Assembly (NCBI GenBank): GCA_030264375.1
Contig: JASCQW010000072.1
Location: 83,332,164 to 83,396,163, forward strand
Length of the DNA stretch: 64,000 nt
Direction of reading: 5' to 3'
From: Carcharhinus longimanus
Taxonomy: Eukaryota
The notes under the pieces were generated by a model. The model ran no database searches, was not told where the DNA came from, and saw only the letters and a list, made by a program, of their open reading frames with translations. The translations under genes were made by a program, and so were the position numbers. Positions 1 through 13,611 of the stretch are shown piece by piece. Numbering within the stretch: position 1 is the first letter of the stretch; the number at the start of each line of letters is the position of its first letter.

Positions 1-275
1 CTGTACACTGGAGCTACAATTCAGGTTCCCATCCCCCTGCTGAATTAGTTTAAACCCTCCCAAAGAGCATTAGCAAAGTGCACCCCTCCCCCCAGGATAT
101 TGGTACCCTTCTGGTTCAGGTGTAGGCCATCCCATTTGTAGAGGTCTTACCTACCCCAGAATGACCCCCAATTATCCAGGTATCTGAATCCCTCCTTTCT
201 GCACCATCCCTCTAGCCAGGTGTTCAACTGCTCTCTCTCCCTATTCCTCTCCTCGCTGGCACGGGTAACAAACCA
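1..275 (-). mobile_element. CR1-type LINE fragment (ORF1-like region)
   Basis: Recognised CR1-like sequence (TTAGTTTAAACCCTCCC, CCCAGGATATTGGT). Confidence 0.6.
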
Positions 276-2303
276 GAAATAACAATTCTGAAGTAGCTAT
301 GGTTCACATAGAAGTCTTGACAGTGAATTCCATCCAGCCAAGTACATGGCTGGCCTATATCCTGTCAGCCACATACCTGATACTCACACAATCACAATGC
401 CAGTAGCAGTTTCTAGATATCAGTGGGAAACAGGAACCGTAGTTAGTGGTAGTAGGGTTCAGGTGTCACACACTTACCACCATCTTGGATGGGGATCAAA
501 TCTCTGAAAAAAAATACTAGAAACACTCAGTGGATCAGACAGATCTGCAGATAGAGGAAAAGAAAGAGTAAACATTTCAGATTTTCACCATTGCATCAGA
601 ACTGATTCAATAAAACTAATCACTGTGTACAGAGGACAACAAATGAATTATATATGATTTGTCATTAATCTGCAATTATTATGTTGTTTAGCATTCCGAT
701 GCAATGAGCAACATGCTTGTGACTCATTGATATAAATTCAGTGATGTAAATAATTCTCGGTGAACGCTTGCCTTTTATATGAATTGAAATCTTCTGCTTT
801 AATGGATTATTTGTGATCCTTGCCAACAGATTGATAAAATTGTTTTTTTTTCCAAGTGTATAGACTTTCTCCTCCAGTTTTCCTCTAATCTTCTGGTCAT
901 CCTAGGACATGCAACACATGCACTTAATGTGTGCAATTGGCCTGTTTCCAGGATGCTGCAATTGCTGCCTTCATGTCTGACCATAAGGAGCAGACCTACA
1001 ATTAGGGAAAAACTGATTATCTTTCTGTTCTGAGGCACCCTGGCGTTAAATCATAACTTGCCATATTTTGGTCCTCAGCCATGTTAATGCTCTGGGACAG
1101 AACATACTAATGCTCTCAGCCTAGACAGCTGCAGTGGAGACCAATAAAATTAGTTCATATGCATGTTATAAAGATCATGGCTTTCTAGAATTGTCCCGAT
1201 ATTTGTCCACCTGTTCTGAGAGTACTGATTATTTGAAAAATGTTAGCGATCATCAGAGTGCAGCCCAGACCAACATCCAAACACACATTTTCCAGCAGAG
1301 GTCATTGGACAGTGAATAGGGATAGGAAAGACTGGCTTAGTCTTTCTAGCCCATGGATATTGTAACAAATTACAATAATTATACTGCTGCTGTTGCCGTT
1401 CTAGCTGAAGTCCAGGCTTCAAACTTGGGACTTGACTGACAAGTATGGCACCAGGAAATACATGTACCAGTGATACATTGGACAAAGCTTGCCTTAAATT
1501 TCCAAAAGAACAATTTCCAAAGTTCCTTTTTATAATACATTGTTTACAGGATATGGCTCATACATGTGACTATCACCTTGAGTANNNNNNNNNNNNNNNN
1601 NNNNNNNNNNNNNNNNNNNNNNNNNNNNNNNNNNNNNNNNNNNNNNNNNNNNNNNNNNNNNNNNNNNNNNNNNNNNNNNNNNNNATGCCTGTGGAGACAA
1701 AAAATTCATTATTAAACAGGCAAAGACTGTAACATCCCTGAGGTAAAAACAGAATCTCAAGACTACAAAGTTTAGTAAGGCCTGCTATATCCCCCTATAT
1801 GTAGACCTCTCATGTGGCTATCTAAGTGACGCTTAAACAAGCCAGTCTGGTGTTGGATGGCTCAGGTTAAGCTGTTCTCCTTCATCACATTGGACAAATT
1901 GATAGTCACTTCAGTAAAATAGTCATGTGGCTGATGTCTGACATGAAGATGTCACAAAAGTCTGTTGAGTTGGTAGAATTTGAATTTCGTGCCTGGATCT
2001 CATGTTTAGAAATGTCACATGTTGCCAAATCCCAAATTGGGAATGAGATCGGGAAAGGCAGAGGAGGGAACGCTAGTTTGAATTCCATTGTTTCCTTTAA
2101 ACCTTGTAATGTCTATCACTTTCATATTTTAAAACTGTGACAGTATGGATTTTTCTAAAGATTTCCATTTCAAAAAAGGAAACTTTTTGTGTACATTTTA
2201 GAAATTTCAGAACTACTACTCGAAAAATAGATGGTTGCAAAATTGATCGATGCAGATGCTGCAAAGCTATAGAATTTAAATGTTCTTTTCTTTTTAACTT
2301 AAG

Positions 2304-2446
2304 GTCTCAATTACGCTGCCATTACAATTGGCCTAGCGTTGGGAGGCACTGTGATCTATGTCGTTCTCCTCTTGTTGAAGAGATCGTTTGTGGGACTATA
2401 CTACAGGGGCGGGACAAGACATCCCAATCGGAGAAGACATTTTTGA
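2304..2446 (+). CDS. Possible terminal exon of an unidentified plus-strand gene: TM helix plus basic tail, (G)LNYAAITIGLALGGTVIYVVLLLLKRSFVGLYYRGGTRHPNRRRHF*
   Basis: Strong pyrimidine tract plus aag acceptor, phase 1; about 21-aa hydrophobic run followed by KR; local CpG enrichment; no upstream exon identified. Confidence 0.4.
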
Positions 2447-3304
2447 TAGAAGAAAACTGAATAGTGAAACCCTTTAAGTGATGTATACATCTGTTCATTG
2501 GTAGTCACCTCCTACATCTCCCTCTGCTGACAGGCCTCACAACCATCATAGGGTTATTTCTAGACTCCTGCTTTGCTCTCTGTAGACTTGGAACAGATTC
2601 AGAATTTATTTTCTGGGTTTGAAGTCAGTTCCTATATTTTTGCATAAGCACAAATGTAAATCATCAGCACAGTTTGTGCAAGATCCACTATCTGAATCTA
2701 TTTACAACTCAATCACAGAGGAAATGGGTGGCAGACTTTGTTCCTCACATCTTGGGACTGACCACAAATCTTGCTTGCGCTGATTAAATTACTCTCTTCT
2801 TGCTGTTTTCTGTTATTGTTCAACATGAAATAAGAATATGTCTGGTCCCAAAGCAAAAACAAAAGAAGCCATCATTCAGCTCAAGCACATGTTGAATTGG
2901 TAACTTCATTTTGAGGCCCTATTATTGGCAATTGGAAAATGTCACATTGGGACAGAAGGAAGATGGCCTTTACCTTTAGGGCTGAACTGCAGTAAGAGTA
3001 AAGTGAGCTTTAATAGATCCTGGAAATGGACACATATAGAAAAATTGTCCCATTCTCAACACTGGCATTGTCATTTTGATGAAACATGAATGTTTACTGA
3101 AAATAACCAAAGTTTTATTATGCCATCAGTTGTGGTTACAGGACAACATACTTCAACTGAGGACGCATGATATGTTGACAAAGGTCTATGGCTTGTCCTG
3201 GGTTCTTGTGTAGCTATTGGGGAAGAACTGTCTATATGCATCTGGAGGATAATTTTTTTGACTTTTCAAAAAAAAGCACAATTCAAAAACTGTAATTCTA
3301 TTAG

Positions 3305-3640
3305 CTGTTAGCTATAGCTCCAATAGTAGCATCCCTGCCTCACAGAAGGTCATAAAGCTGATACTCCAGAACAGTAGTGAGGAAATGCTGCACTGTTGGA
3401 GGAGCTGTTTTTTCAGATGAGACATTATACCTAGGCGCCATCTGCTCATTCATGTGGTTATAAAAAATCATAAAGGGACAGTTTTGAAGACAAGCTAGGA
3501 AGTTATTTCTGTTGTATTCGTAGGAACTGGTTGTGCATAAATTGGCTGCACGTTTCCAACAGTGACCAAATTATAAAAGTACTTTGTAAAGGATCTTGGG
3601 AACCACGTGTTCAGGAAAGGTGCTATATAAATTCATGTCT
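3305..3640 (+). mobile_element. Deu-domain SINE (SacSINE1/AmnSINE1-like), decayed
   Basis: GCTGCACTGTTGGAGG...TTTCAGATGAGAC core and AAAGGTGCTATATAAAT tail. Confidence 0.7.
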
Positions 3641-3667
3641 GAAAATTGTGGCTATCAGATTTGAGGT

Positions 3668-3779
3668 TGGCCCTGATTTTACTGGCATGCCTGCACAAGG
3701 CACACAGAACAGCATTCTCTGTGGGCCTTGGGCACGATCTTACGAGCCTCAAGCATGCATGCCAGTAAAATTCCGACCA
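3668..3779. mobile_element. Short MITE-like element with terminal inverted repeats
   Basis: ATTTTACTGGCATGC and GCATGCCAGTAAAAT form a 15-bp perfect inverted repeat near the ends. Confidence 0.65.
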
Positions 3780-4074
3780 TAACCGCAATCTTTCTGCTAG
3801 CTATGCTGCTCAACTTAATGTGCTCCCGTCAAATATTGTGTCACCCATAATCAATAAACATTTCTGCACTCCAACTTGAACTATAGTCAGTAGAACTGGG
3901 GTACTAACATAGCAACTCCTATCCAATTAACACCATTGATTTGGAGAGGAGCATCATTCTACTTTATAAAAATGAATCGGCACTAACAGTTTAAACAGAC
4001 CACATTTCTTGCGAGATCATGGACAGGGCCGTGACAGTCAATACAATTGCACCAAATTATCATGGAAGTTTAAG

Positions 4075-4398
4075 GGGAGGCAGTGGCATAATTGTATTGT
4101 AATCCTGAGTCTGGATGTGGATGGCACCTAGGTTCAAATTCCACCATGGCAGATGGTGCAAATTTGAATGCAATTAAAATCTGAAGTTAAAAAGGTAATG
4201 ATGACCATGAAAACATGGTTGATCATTGTTAAAAACCCACCTGATTCGCTAATGCCCTTTGGGGAAGGAAACCTGTCATCCTCATCTCACCTGTGACTCC
4301 AGATTCACAGCAATGTGGTTGACACTTAAATGCTGTCTAAAATGGCCACTCATGAGGGGTGATGGGCAATAAATGCTGGCCAACATCCCATGAAAAAA
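4075..4398 (+). mobile_element. tRNA-derived SINE with L2-like tail; related copies at about 27325-27505, 29295-29605 and, on the minus strand, 46690-47535
   Basis: GGGGAGGCAGTGG A-box-like start, GGTTCAAATTCC B-box, GGGCAATAAATGCTGGCC tail; repeated in the window. Confidence 0.7.
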
Positions 4399-6084
4399 GT
4401 TTGTGCTTGCAGTTCTTCAGTTAATGAGATTTTATCCAAACTCGTGGAAAGGTGTCAAGGAGAAACTAGGTGCTCCTTCATGAGGAGGGAAAACATGAGT
4501 GACTGTCTCCAGGTACTTTCCTCAGTTTTTGGACAGATGCTTAAATCTTGTTCCAATGATTCTTTTGCTCTTGGCCATGCCAGAACTAATCTGTCAAAAT
4601 TCTTAAGATGGCTGCAAGATGCATCCCTTTGAAAAGACACCACCTCCCTCCCACATTTGGCTATGACAGCCAGCAAACTCAAGCAGCCTCTTCTCTCTGC
4701 TGACCACACAGAACTTCTGTTGACATTTATTCTTTTATGGGAAACCTGTAACCTGATATCAAAGATGACTTGCTCTGCCCTCTTCCCCATGGCAACATGA
4801 AACCAATTAACTTTGCATTCAGGTAACTTATCCTTGACCTGTTACAAATCCTAGCTGATGTTATTGCTGGACAAGTCAGATTCTGAAGTGAAATCTGGCT
4901 TGATATAGTTTTAAAAAAAAAAATCATTGGAGGAAGGTTACTGAACAAATTCAGAGTCTGCTTATGAACTTTTAACACAAGAATAAAATGTTTATTAACA
5001 AGAAAAAAAGAACTGTATTGCACCAGACAAAACGATTAATAAGATCTTAATACAAACAAATGATTCAAACTCTGTTCCTTTTACCATAGTAATATCTTAG
5101 ACAAATTCACAAATATAAAACTATTTACAAATGTCTTATATTTTAATATGCAGATTAACCATGGGGTACGTGAATTAACTGTGGTGAGACACAGTTCCGA
5201 AGTAAATGGCAGATGCAACCGAAGTATATTCCGCAGATTTCTCAGCAATCCACCAAACGTTTGTTGCATTGTGAGCCAGTCTCAATGAACTGTGTCTTTC
5301 TCACATGGATAGCTGCAAGAATGACCCATCTTGTAGAGTTTCAATTTCACCTGAAATTCCTTTCCCTAGATCTGAAAGTACACTCAAGTCCATGTTCCAA
5401 GCCCAATTTCAGATTGTCAGCTAGCCAAGCAGAACATCATTGCTCCAACAAGCCCCAGTAAGAAAACATCAACCTTCGGTTGCCTCCTTGGATCTTAAGA
5501 GCTTACCTCAAGCTTGCTTTGCTTTATCTCTGCTCCTTACAACTCTCTAACTTGAAGCCTATTGCTCTGCTCCTTTCTTTCAAGCTGGACCTCTCCCTGA
5601 TCCTTGTCTTTGTTTCTGCCTGGGACTTTCCCTGGGGTCTCTCCCTGGCCCCCTCCCGTGCCCTGCTTCTTCAGCGCACACAGCACAATGGTGCTCGCCT
5701 CAGCTGCTTTTCACACTGTTTGCCCTTCTTTGCTTCTGTTTAGGGGCAGCCTCCTGCCTGAAGACATGAGAACCTGGAAACGCACGTGTGCAGTCATTTC
5801 CTGGCCGGCACATGCGTAATCGACCTGTTCCCAACCACTGCGTTAAGATTAAGGCAAGCATTGAGTTTCATCACAGATCCTAACTCCCTTTCATCTTAGA
5901 AGTAAATGGATAAGTTCCAGCACAACAGTTTACAAGCCGTAGTACCTTGAACATCTTTATCACACTATGTGAGACTCAAATTACTCATGATAAACTCAGA
6001 CTGTCATCAAGTGTAAATACCTTGCAGATTCTTCTGTAAAAATCAAACCACTCAGGCTGTGTGGCAGACTGCGGCATAACTCAG

Positions 6085-6775
6085 AATCGTACGAAGTTTA
6101 AAACACAGGAAGAGGCCATTTGGTCCATACATGACTTTGCCAGCCAAAAGAGGAGCCATTTCCAGTATTTAGTCCAGTGTTCTGCAGGTTATGGCACTTG
6201 AAATGCATATCCAGACACCTTTTAAATTAAATTGAGGGCTTCTGCCTATACTATCTTTTCAGGCAGTAAGTACTAGACGTCCACAACCCTCTAGATTGGA
6301 AAGATTTTCCTCATCTTACCTCTAATCTTTCTACCAATCACTTTAAATCTCTGCCCCCAGTCACTGACCTCTCTGCTGATGTAAATAGGCCCTTCCCCTC
6401 GAGCCCCCTCACAATTTTGTGCATCTCAGTCAAATCCACCTCAGCCTCCTCTGTCCAAGGAGAACCCCAGCCTTACCAATCTTTCTTCAGTTGCAATTTT
6501 CCAGTCCTAGCAACATCTTCCTTATTCTCCACTGTGACCTCTCCAGTGTAATTACATCCTTTCTGTAATGAGGTGACCAGAACTGCCATATTATTCAAGT
6601 AGTCCCAGCAAAACATCCCTGTTCAAATCGTCCCAGCAAAACATCCCTGCTCTTGTATCTATGCTTTGGCTAATAAATAAGTGTTCCATATGCCTTAACC
6701 ACCTTATCAATCAGTCCTGCTACTTCCATACATGCCAAGGTACCTTTAAGTTTCTGTATTCTCCCACTTATTGTG
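6085..6775 (-). mobile_element. CR1 LINE 3' fragment
   Basis: Reverse complement of CR1 RT C-terminus (QFWSPHYRKDV) and 3' UTR; internal 28-bp-period duplication at 6602-6649. Confidence 0.75.
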
Positions 6776-7492
6776 TACATGACTAATTTCATTTATTCTA
6801 AACTTAAAGCTATAGCCCAAAATATAATCTGAAAAACTTCATAATTGTAACAGAGAATGGATAATTGTATTTATTATTCACATTTTAGTGCCCAAGCCAG
6901 CATCCAAACACTCAAGTCAAATTTCCCTCAAGTTCAGTTCACAGCTATCAAGCCCTGTTCCATGGTACATTTTACAGATGTGTCACTTTAAAATCATGTG
7001 ACTCCAGGAAACCATGTCACAGATTCCAACATGTACAATCATAGTTCGTAGTGTGGTCTCCAACAAATGGGAAAGCCCAGAGTGGCACCCAGACCATTTT
7101 GAATGCATTTCTGTGGCTATTTCTATTGGTAAATCTCAAACAGTCTCGGAAGGCCAAAACAACTTTTAAAATGAGGGAACTTAATGCTTTCTAACAGATT
7201 TTCTCAAGTTGGCCATACTGCTATTTGCTTATATAAAGTGTATTAATAAATTACTCCCCCAGATTTACTTCCCTGTAAGAAATGTTCATCTTTCTACAGT
7301 TATTATAGGAAGTTCCAATTTACAATTTGCTTAATCCAAGACATTTATTTGGTCACAGTTAATACAAGCAGACTCAACATTAGTAAACCACATTTTTGTT
7401 GCTCAAATCAGATTTATCAAAAGTAGTTGACAACTGTGTGCACTGACATTGTGTACAAAAGCATTTGAAAGGGAAATATTTGACCAGCCTCT

Positions 7493-7604
7493 TCAACAAG
7501 ACTTGAGGTCCTCTTCAGCATCAGCTTTTGCCCGATTTCTTGTTTTTACTTTTGAAACTGGGAGTAGAGATTTTGTTGGTTCCAGTTCTTCAAACTGCTG
7601 AATC
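7493..7604 (-). CDS. GATD1: Candidate GATD1 terminal exon, (R)IQQFEELEPTKSLLPVSKVKTRNRAKADAEEDLKSC*
   Basis: Phase-compatible with exon 7 (AG|G); acceptor ...ctttatttcatgatcgtattag; minus-strand AATAAA at 7349-7344; no homology I can recognise. Confidence 0.45.
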
Positions 7605-10600
7605 CTAATACGATCATGAAATAAAGTGCAATCATTTCCTGGGAATAAAAGAGAACGTTCAAAAATATTTGGGAGGTCACAAAATACATCTTTTCACTAC
7701 CTACAATCAATGACAAGAAAACATAGTGCCGAACCAACCGTTTTAATATTACAACACTAATGCCACTTTGATACTTAACCCTTGTTTTTGGTTCTAGTCT
7801 GGGAATTAGTTAGTTTCCCAACTGCCAACCACCATTCATGACTGAATTCAGAAGGACCACAGAGCTTTGCTCTGATCCATTTGTTGTGGGCCTGTTCAGC
7901 TGTCTTTAACATACTGTTTGGCTGTTATTAAGTAAGGTAGTGTTGAGTAGCTTCCCATTCTTGACTGTAACATGGTTTTTGTACAAAGGGTACACTTGCC
8001 AATTCAGTGAGTGCTTAACTGTTTACATCACAAAATAACCAACTGGACAGGTTTTCTCGAATTTAACAAAGATAGAGATTAGCTTTATTACACTTAACCT
8101 TATCTAAAGAAAATGAACATGCTTCATCTTTCTTGCAAACCCACAGTTGAAATTGATATGCACACACAATCAGATTACAGAGTGGGGATAGATTAATCAA
8201 ATTAGAATCCAGAAAATTAAGAGAAGCATATAGTCTGTGGAGGTTGGCAACTTGGCTGAACTTGGTCTTGCAACAGTCCCTCAGTGGTCCTCAGGGTGAT
8301 GCTGCAGTATCAGAGCAGTTTAAAGATGTAGAAAGCTGACTTGGTTATGCCCCTAAAGGCAGTGGTGCAACTGGACTTGCTTCAAGAAGCCTCTGTCCAC
8401 ATCAGGGTGTCTTCAAGTGGTCATGGTCAGCAAAAAGGATTTGAAAACTTCCAAGTTCATTTGGAGACAGAAAGGAAGGAACCACCCCAAAATTCAGCTG
8501 CTAGCCCTCTTACTGCACAGAAAGCAGAAACTTAAACACAAAAAGTGGGTGTCATACATTACCATCGCCCAATGATTCAAATATGGTAGCTACTGGTGTA
8601 TTTCCCCATATCTTAATAATTCATGCTGAGAATCCCTTTCCTCAGTCAAGGTCCTTTTGTTCAAGTGATGGGTTTAAAGCACATTCTCATTGTAGCTTGA
8701 CAAGTTCATATCTTGGAACCCATGTCCCAGATGATAGCCTTGCTAATGGGAGTAGGATATGTGGCTCACTATATGCTCCTGAAGTTATTGTCCATGAGGA
8801 GACTTTGCAGATGTGATGGCTCCTAGTGGATTGAATGTGGAGAGTACAGTGATGCAAATTGAGTACCGTCACTGTTTTAAAAAGTTTCTTGTTTATAAAA
8901 GTTTAGATTGTATTTCCAGTCCTTGGATTAAAAACTGTTATTTGACTAAATATGTTTTTGTGACATTGTCTTTGGTTACCTATTCTTGGCATTTTAACAT
9001 GCAGGTAGTCTATTATTACACTTTCACCAAGTTAGTGCCTTATTCTAAGGTATGCCTGGTTCTGCTCCTGGCATTTCCTTTGACACTACAGTTCTGAGTC
9101 AGTGTTGGAGTTCTAGCTTGATGGCGATGCAGTAGTGAGAGATTTATTGGGCCATGAGTTTACACATTTATGATGGTGTATGATTATGCTGCTATTTGAT
9201 CAATGCAACCTTATGAATGCACAGTTTTGAGTTCCTAGATCTGCCTTTCATCTGTTTCACTTAACATTGTCACGAGTGCAGTCACTCAACAATTTGTCTT
9301 CACTAGGATTATGCCATATTCACTCTTTGCCCAAGTATTCAGAGTAGCAAGTCTCCTTGCACTGCAGAGAGGAATTAATAATTTAAATATAAGGAAGACA
9401 GGTTTAAAGGGCTGAAGACAAACGTATCATTTGGTAATTGCATTAATCCCAGAGTACAAGAGTAAATGAAAATTGAGATGGTTATTAATGATTAGAAATG
9501 TGGTGCATATTTAACAGAATGGAAACCAAGCAGCTACAAACAAACACAGACTATTAACCTTACTTCAATGGTGTAAAATAATGAAATCAGTCAGATTATC
9601 TGTACACTAATAACCTAGTAAACCAACGTTAGCATGGATTCAGAAGGGAAGCACTACCTTCCAATATCTTTTGATTTCTATGAGAAAGTGATATTCTAAG
9701 CAGGCTAAAAAAAGTCCCATGATACGGACCCAGTCTTCCAAATGGAATTCAATAAAGTTTGACATATAAAGCAATGTTAAACTCCAAACTATGGGAATTT
9801 AGGGCAATCTTGGGAATGGAAATTGGCCAAAGGTGGAAACTGTGTACTTGCCAAAAGAGCTATACGAATATGGGGGAGGGGGATGGGAGCTTTGGTGCAA
9901 ACTGAGATACTCAGGAATTGGTATCAGGATCACTACTGCTTTGAATTTACATCAAAGGATTGTATTCATAAACTCAAGAGAATTGATAATGTTACCAAAT
10001 TAAGGAAGGCAATTAATATCAATGTGATATTACAAAATAGAATACTGTTGTTAAGNNNAGAGGTGAACTTTTGAGGTAAACCTGAAAATTATTTCAAAAT
10101 GACTTATGTTTACAGGACAAGTGGAAACAAATTCAAGCTAATAAAAAGCAAACTTAAGACAAGTATCAGTAAGTTATAAATAATGATTAATAGACAGATT
10201 GGATTTCTGGATGGTTAGTAGAGATGAAAACCCTGAGATAATTTAAGAAACAATCGAAGGTTCTAACAGGAGACAACAGAACTTGAATGCATAAATATTA
10301 ATGAGCCAAAAATCTTCCACGTTTGTAAATGTGTGTTCAGCAGTATAATGTCATATAGACATAACTGATCACAACCATTTCCAATGGATCAACAGAAAGA
10401 TGCATGTTTATTATTCTCCAGTCTGAAAAACATTGTTCATCTAACAACTTGGTCAAGAATTAGTTGAACTCACATGGCAATGCTAGAAGAGTAAAATGTG
10501 AATATCAGCAATGTTATTTATACCCAGGGTTCAGCATGGGAATCCAACACTCTACTACTCAAGTTATGAAATAGCCCCCTCTGATATGTCAATGGATAAA

Positions 10601-10637
10601 ACTCTTTGCATCAATTGATTCTCAGATAATTTCTCAC

Positions 10638-10749
10638 CTTGCATTACAGCAAAGAATAAGGTTGTGAATGGCCGAGAGTGTAGATTGGTCATTCTGTCCA
10701 GTTATAAGGTGCCTGTCAAACACGACGTGTACGGCATCGGGTTTACTAG
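10638..10749 (-). CDS. GATD1: GATD1 exon 7, [37 protein letters not shown](R)
   Basis: tttag acceptor, gtgaga donor, 112 nt; matches human PDAVHVVLDRHLVTGQN. Confidence 0.95.
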
Positions 10750-11044
10750 CTAAAAATAAAGAGACATAGACATTGTAATGCCACTTAAGGTCTAATCATA
10801 GCATCCAATCTTCACACTGTCCCTTTGGTTCCTTCCCAATTCTTAAACGGCAGTTGATTAACCATGACTTGATTTGAAGATTTTGGATGTGTGGTCTCTG
10901 TGTTAGGAGATTTCACATTAATCATTTTAGGTTTTTTGAAAGAATGCCAGATACTAAGAGCAGCTGTTTTTGTAAATTAAACCTATCTAATTTTTTCCTG
11001 TCCTTTCTTAAAGGATTTCACTTAGCATAGCTATGATAAGACCA

Positions 11045-11378
11045 CAGAACCATAGAATCCCTACGGTGCAGGAGGCGGCCATTCGGTCCATCGAGTCTGC
11101 ACCGACTCTGCAAAAGAACATCCAGGCCCACCCATCTGCTAATTTACCATGACTAATCTACCTAACCTACACATGTTTGGACACCAAGGGGCAACTTAGC
11201 ATGGCCAATCCACCTAACCTGCACATATTTGGACTGTGAAAGGAAATTGGAGCAACTGGAGGAAACCCATGCAGACACCGGGAGAATGTGCGAACTCCAC
11301 ACAATTACCAAAGGCTGAAATCAAACCCAGGTCTCTGCTGCTGTGAAACAGCAGTGCTAACCACTTTTCCACCGTGCT
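11045..11378 (-). mobile_element. HE1/V-SINE-like SINE
   Basis: tRNA-like head, V-domain GGGTTTCCTCC..GCTCC, CR1-type tail GGGATTCTATG. Confidence 0.85.
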
Positions 11379-11611
11379 GGCCCTATTTAACCATCTGTAA
11401 TGTTGCTTGCAGGACTATTCTTCAATGAAGCATTGCTACCATCACAGTATCCCAACTCTTTTCCATCTTATATCCGTAATCTCTTACTTTCTAGGAAGAG
11501 TCACCTGGATAGTGACCAAGTATGAGAGTTTTTGCAGTTGTCCTTGTCATGGTAATTCAGCACAGAACAGGACTCTTCTCGATGGTAAGGCAACATAAGA
11601 ACAGCACATCT

Positions 11612-12055
11612 AAATAGGGTTGTTGTGGGTGATTTTAATCTTCCTGGAGTGGATTGGAAGGTGCCTAGAGCTGGGGGTTCGGACAGGGAGGAATTTGTAA
11701 AATGTGTGATGGAAGGGTCCTTGGAGCAGTATGTAACTAGCCTGACCAGGGAGGGGGCTATACTGGATTTAGTTTTGGGTAATGAGCCAGGTCAGGTGGT
11801 TGAGGTTGCAGTAAGCTAACAGTGACCACAAGTCTGTCTACTTTAGGATAAAAATGGAAAAGGATGAGTGCTGTCNNNNNNNNNNNNNNNNNNNNNNNNN
11901 NNNNNNNNNNNNNNNNNNNNNNNNNNNNNNNNNNNNNNNNNNNNNNNNNNNNNNNNNNNNNNNNNNNNNNNNNNNAAACACATTGTTAAGATGGCGGCGT
12001 GGGCTCGTTGGGCTGAAGGGCCTGTTTCCCGTGCTGTGTTGTTCTTTGTTCTAAT
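11612..12055 (+). mobile_element. CR1 LINE endonuclease fragment, gap, then 3' tail
   Basis: VVGDFNLPGVDW...TREGAILDLVLGNEPGQV...SDH endonuclease motifs. Confidence 0.85.
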
Positions 12056-13517
12056 GAACAAAACCATAAGGGAAACTCTGGCTGATCCTGATCAACAACA
12101 TTATCTATTATCTAATTTAGACAATTCATATGACCTGAAAAAATATGGAAGTGTTGGAATAATCACTGACCAACGAAGGCAGGGCAGAGGTGAAAAAGTA
12201 AGAATAATAGTTATTGGTGGCGAAGCAACACGTCAAACTTGGTTAGCTTACAACTTAACCAAAGTAAAACAAAATCGTACAACTAGTATTTGATACTGAA
12301 TATTTCTGGAGAATCCAGAATTTATTAAAAAGATGAAAGTAGATTACTCCCATTTTCTAATAAGTATTTTCCCATAGCACCATGTCATACTTCTTGCTGT
12401 AACACAGTAATGTAAAAGTTCTAGTTATATTTATTAATTTATTCTGAGCCATAACTTCCTGGCACCCCAGCAATGCGGGGGGGGGAGGGAGAAGGGTCCC
12501 CCGCAAAGAAGCACTGGGGAATTCCTCTTGGAAGTTCCCACGTAAGGGTTTACCCAACAATTATCCAGAAAGGCTAACTGAATGATTGTGCTGGGCTGGG
12601 AACCATCCAAAGTAACATAAACCACCAACTTTGAATGGTTCTGCCAGTTTTACACCAATAGTTATTCTGAAAGAAGTAGAAGGAAAAGAAGCATTTCTAA
12701 CTCCAGGGTAACAATTTGAAGGACTCTCACTGAGACCCGCATGGTACAGCCACTGCGCCCGGCCCCACATTCCAATGTTCATATCTGATCCCACCCTACA
12801 TCCAAATCAGGAAGGTGAGGTGAAACAGCGGCCTTGGATTCTTAGTGAAGACAAGTTACTATGGAGTGGCACTCTGTTGCTAAATGCCATTCTGAGGTAG
12901 TTACAAGTCTGTGTTTCAGCAAGAGACATATCAGCCATGAATCAGAGAAATCCCATTTGTTGCAGCTTTAATCAGCAGTGAAAAATTCTCTTAATACCAG
13001 ATGTTTAATGACAGAGTTAGGGTTGGCTGTGATTATTCTTTATAGCTATCAGCATTCACACTCGGTCTGAAATTAATTACAGCTATTTGGTTGAGTTGCC
13101 AGAGTACCTTATCCAGTGATAGACTGCCTTCAGAAGCACATGGTGAGAAAAATTGGGGAAAATACTAAAATAAATACACTGAGTCATGTAATGAATGCCA
13201 AGTCACTCTCCCTATATTTTTTAAAACAAAACTCACACTAATAATAATTTCAGCTATCCTTTAAACCAAAACAAATTTTAGTGTGATGAAAACGTGAACA
13301 TTATCTGTCTAATATTTGCATTGATATTATGCTGCCACAATCACCCAAGCAGTAGCAGCTCAGACTCACAGGAATGCAACATTCAGCTAAACAGATATCA
13401 GTTTGATAACTTTATAGAAAATTTGTACAAACCAGAGATTTTCTTTTAAATGGAAAGGAAACCGGAAGGTCTCTTAGTTACAATCATTGGACTAATATGA
13501 AACCAGAGATGACCTAC

Positions 13518-13611
13518 CACTGAAGGTGCCTCCAGAGTCTTTCACAAAATCCTCCACAATGATTGGCAGACTTGCAAAATCTTTCCTCCTCACTAGCTCA
13601 AAGACAGAGGG
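13518..13611 (-). CDS. GATD1: GATD1 exon 6, [31 protein letters not shown]
   Basis: cgcag acceptor, gtaggt donor, 94 nt; matches human [17 protein letters not shown]. Confidence 0.95.

Noticed and set aside
971-995. Alternative GATD1 last exon RSAPYGQT* behind a good acceptor
   Set aside because: Far downstream, no homology support, and it would lie inside the putative plus-strand gene
4390-4790. Overlapping 80-aa and 111-aa ORFs on opposite strands
   Set aside because: No recognisable homology or consistent exon structure
7750-9040. Possible solo LTRs here, at about 4900-5930 and at about 53880-54430
   Set aside because: Composition is suggestive, but I could not establish paired termini, a TSD or a second copy
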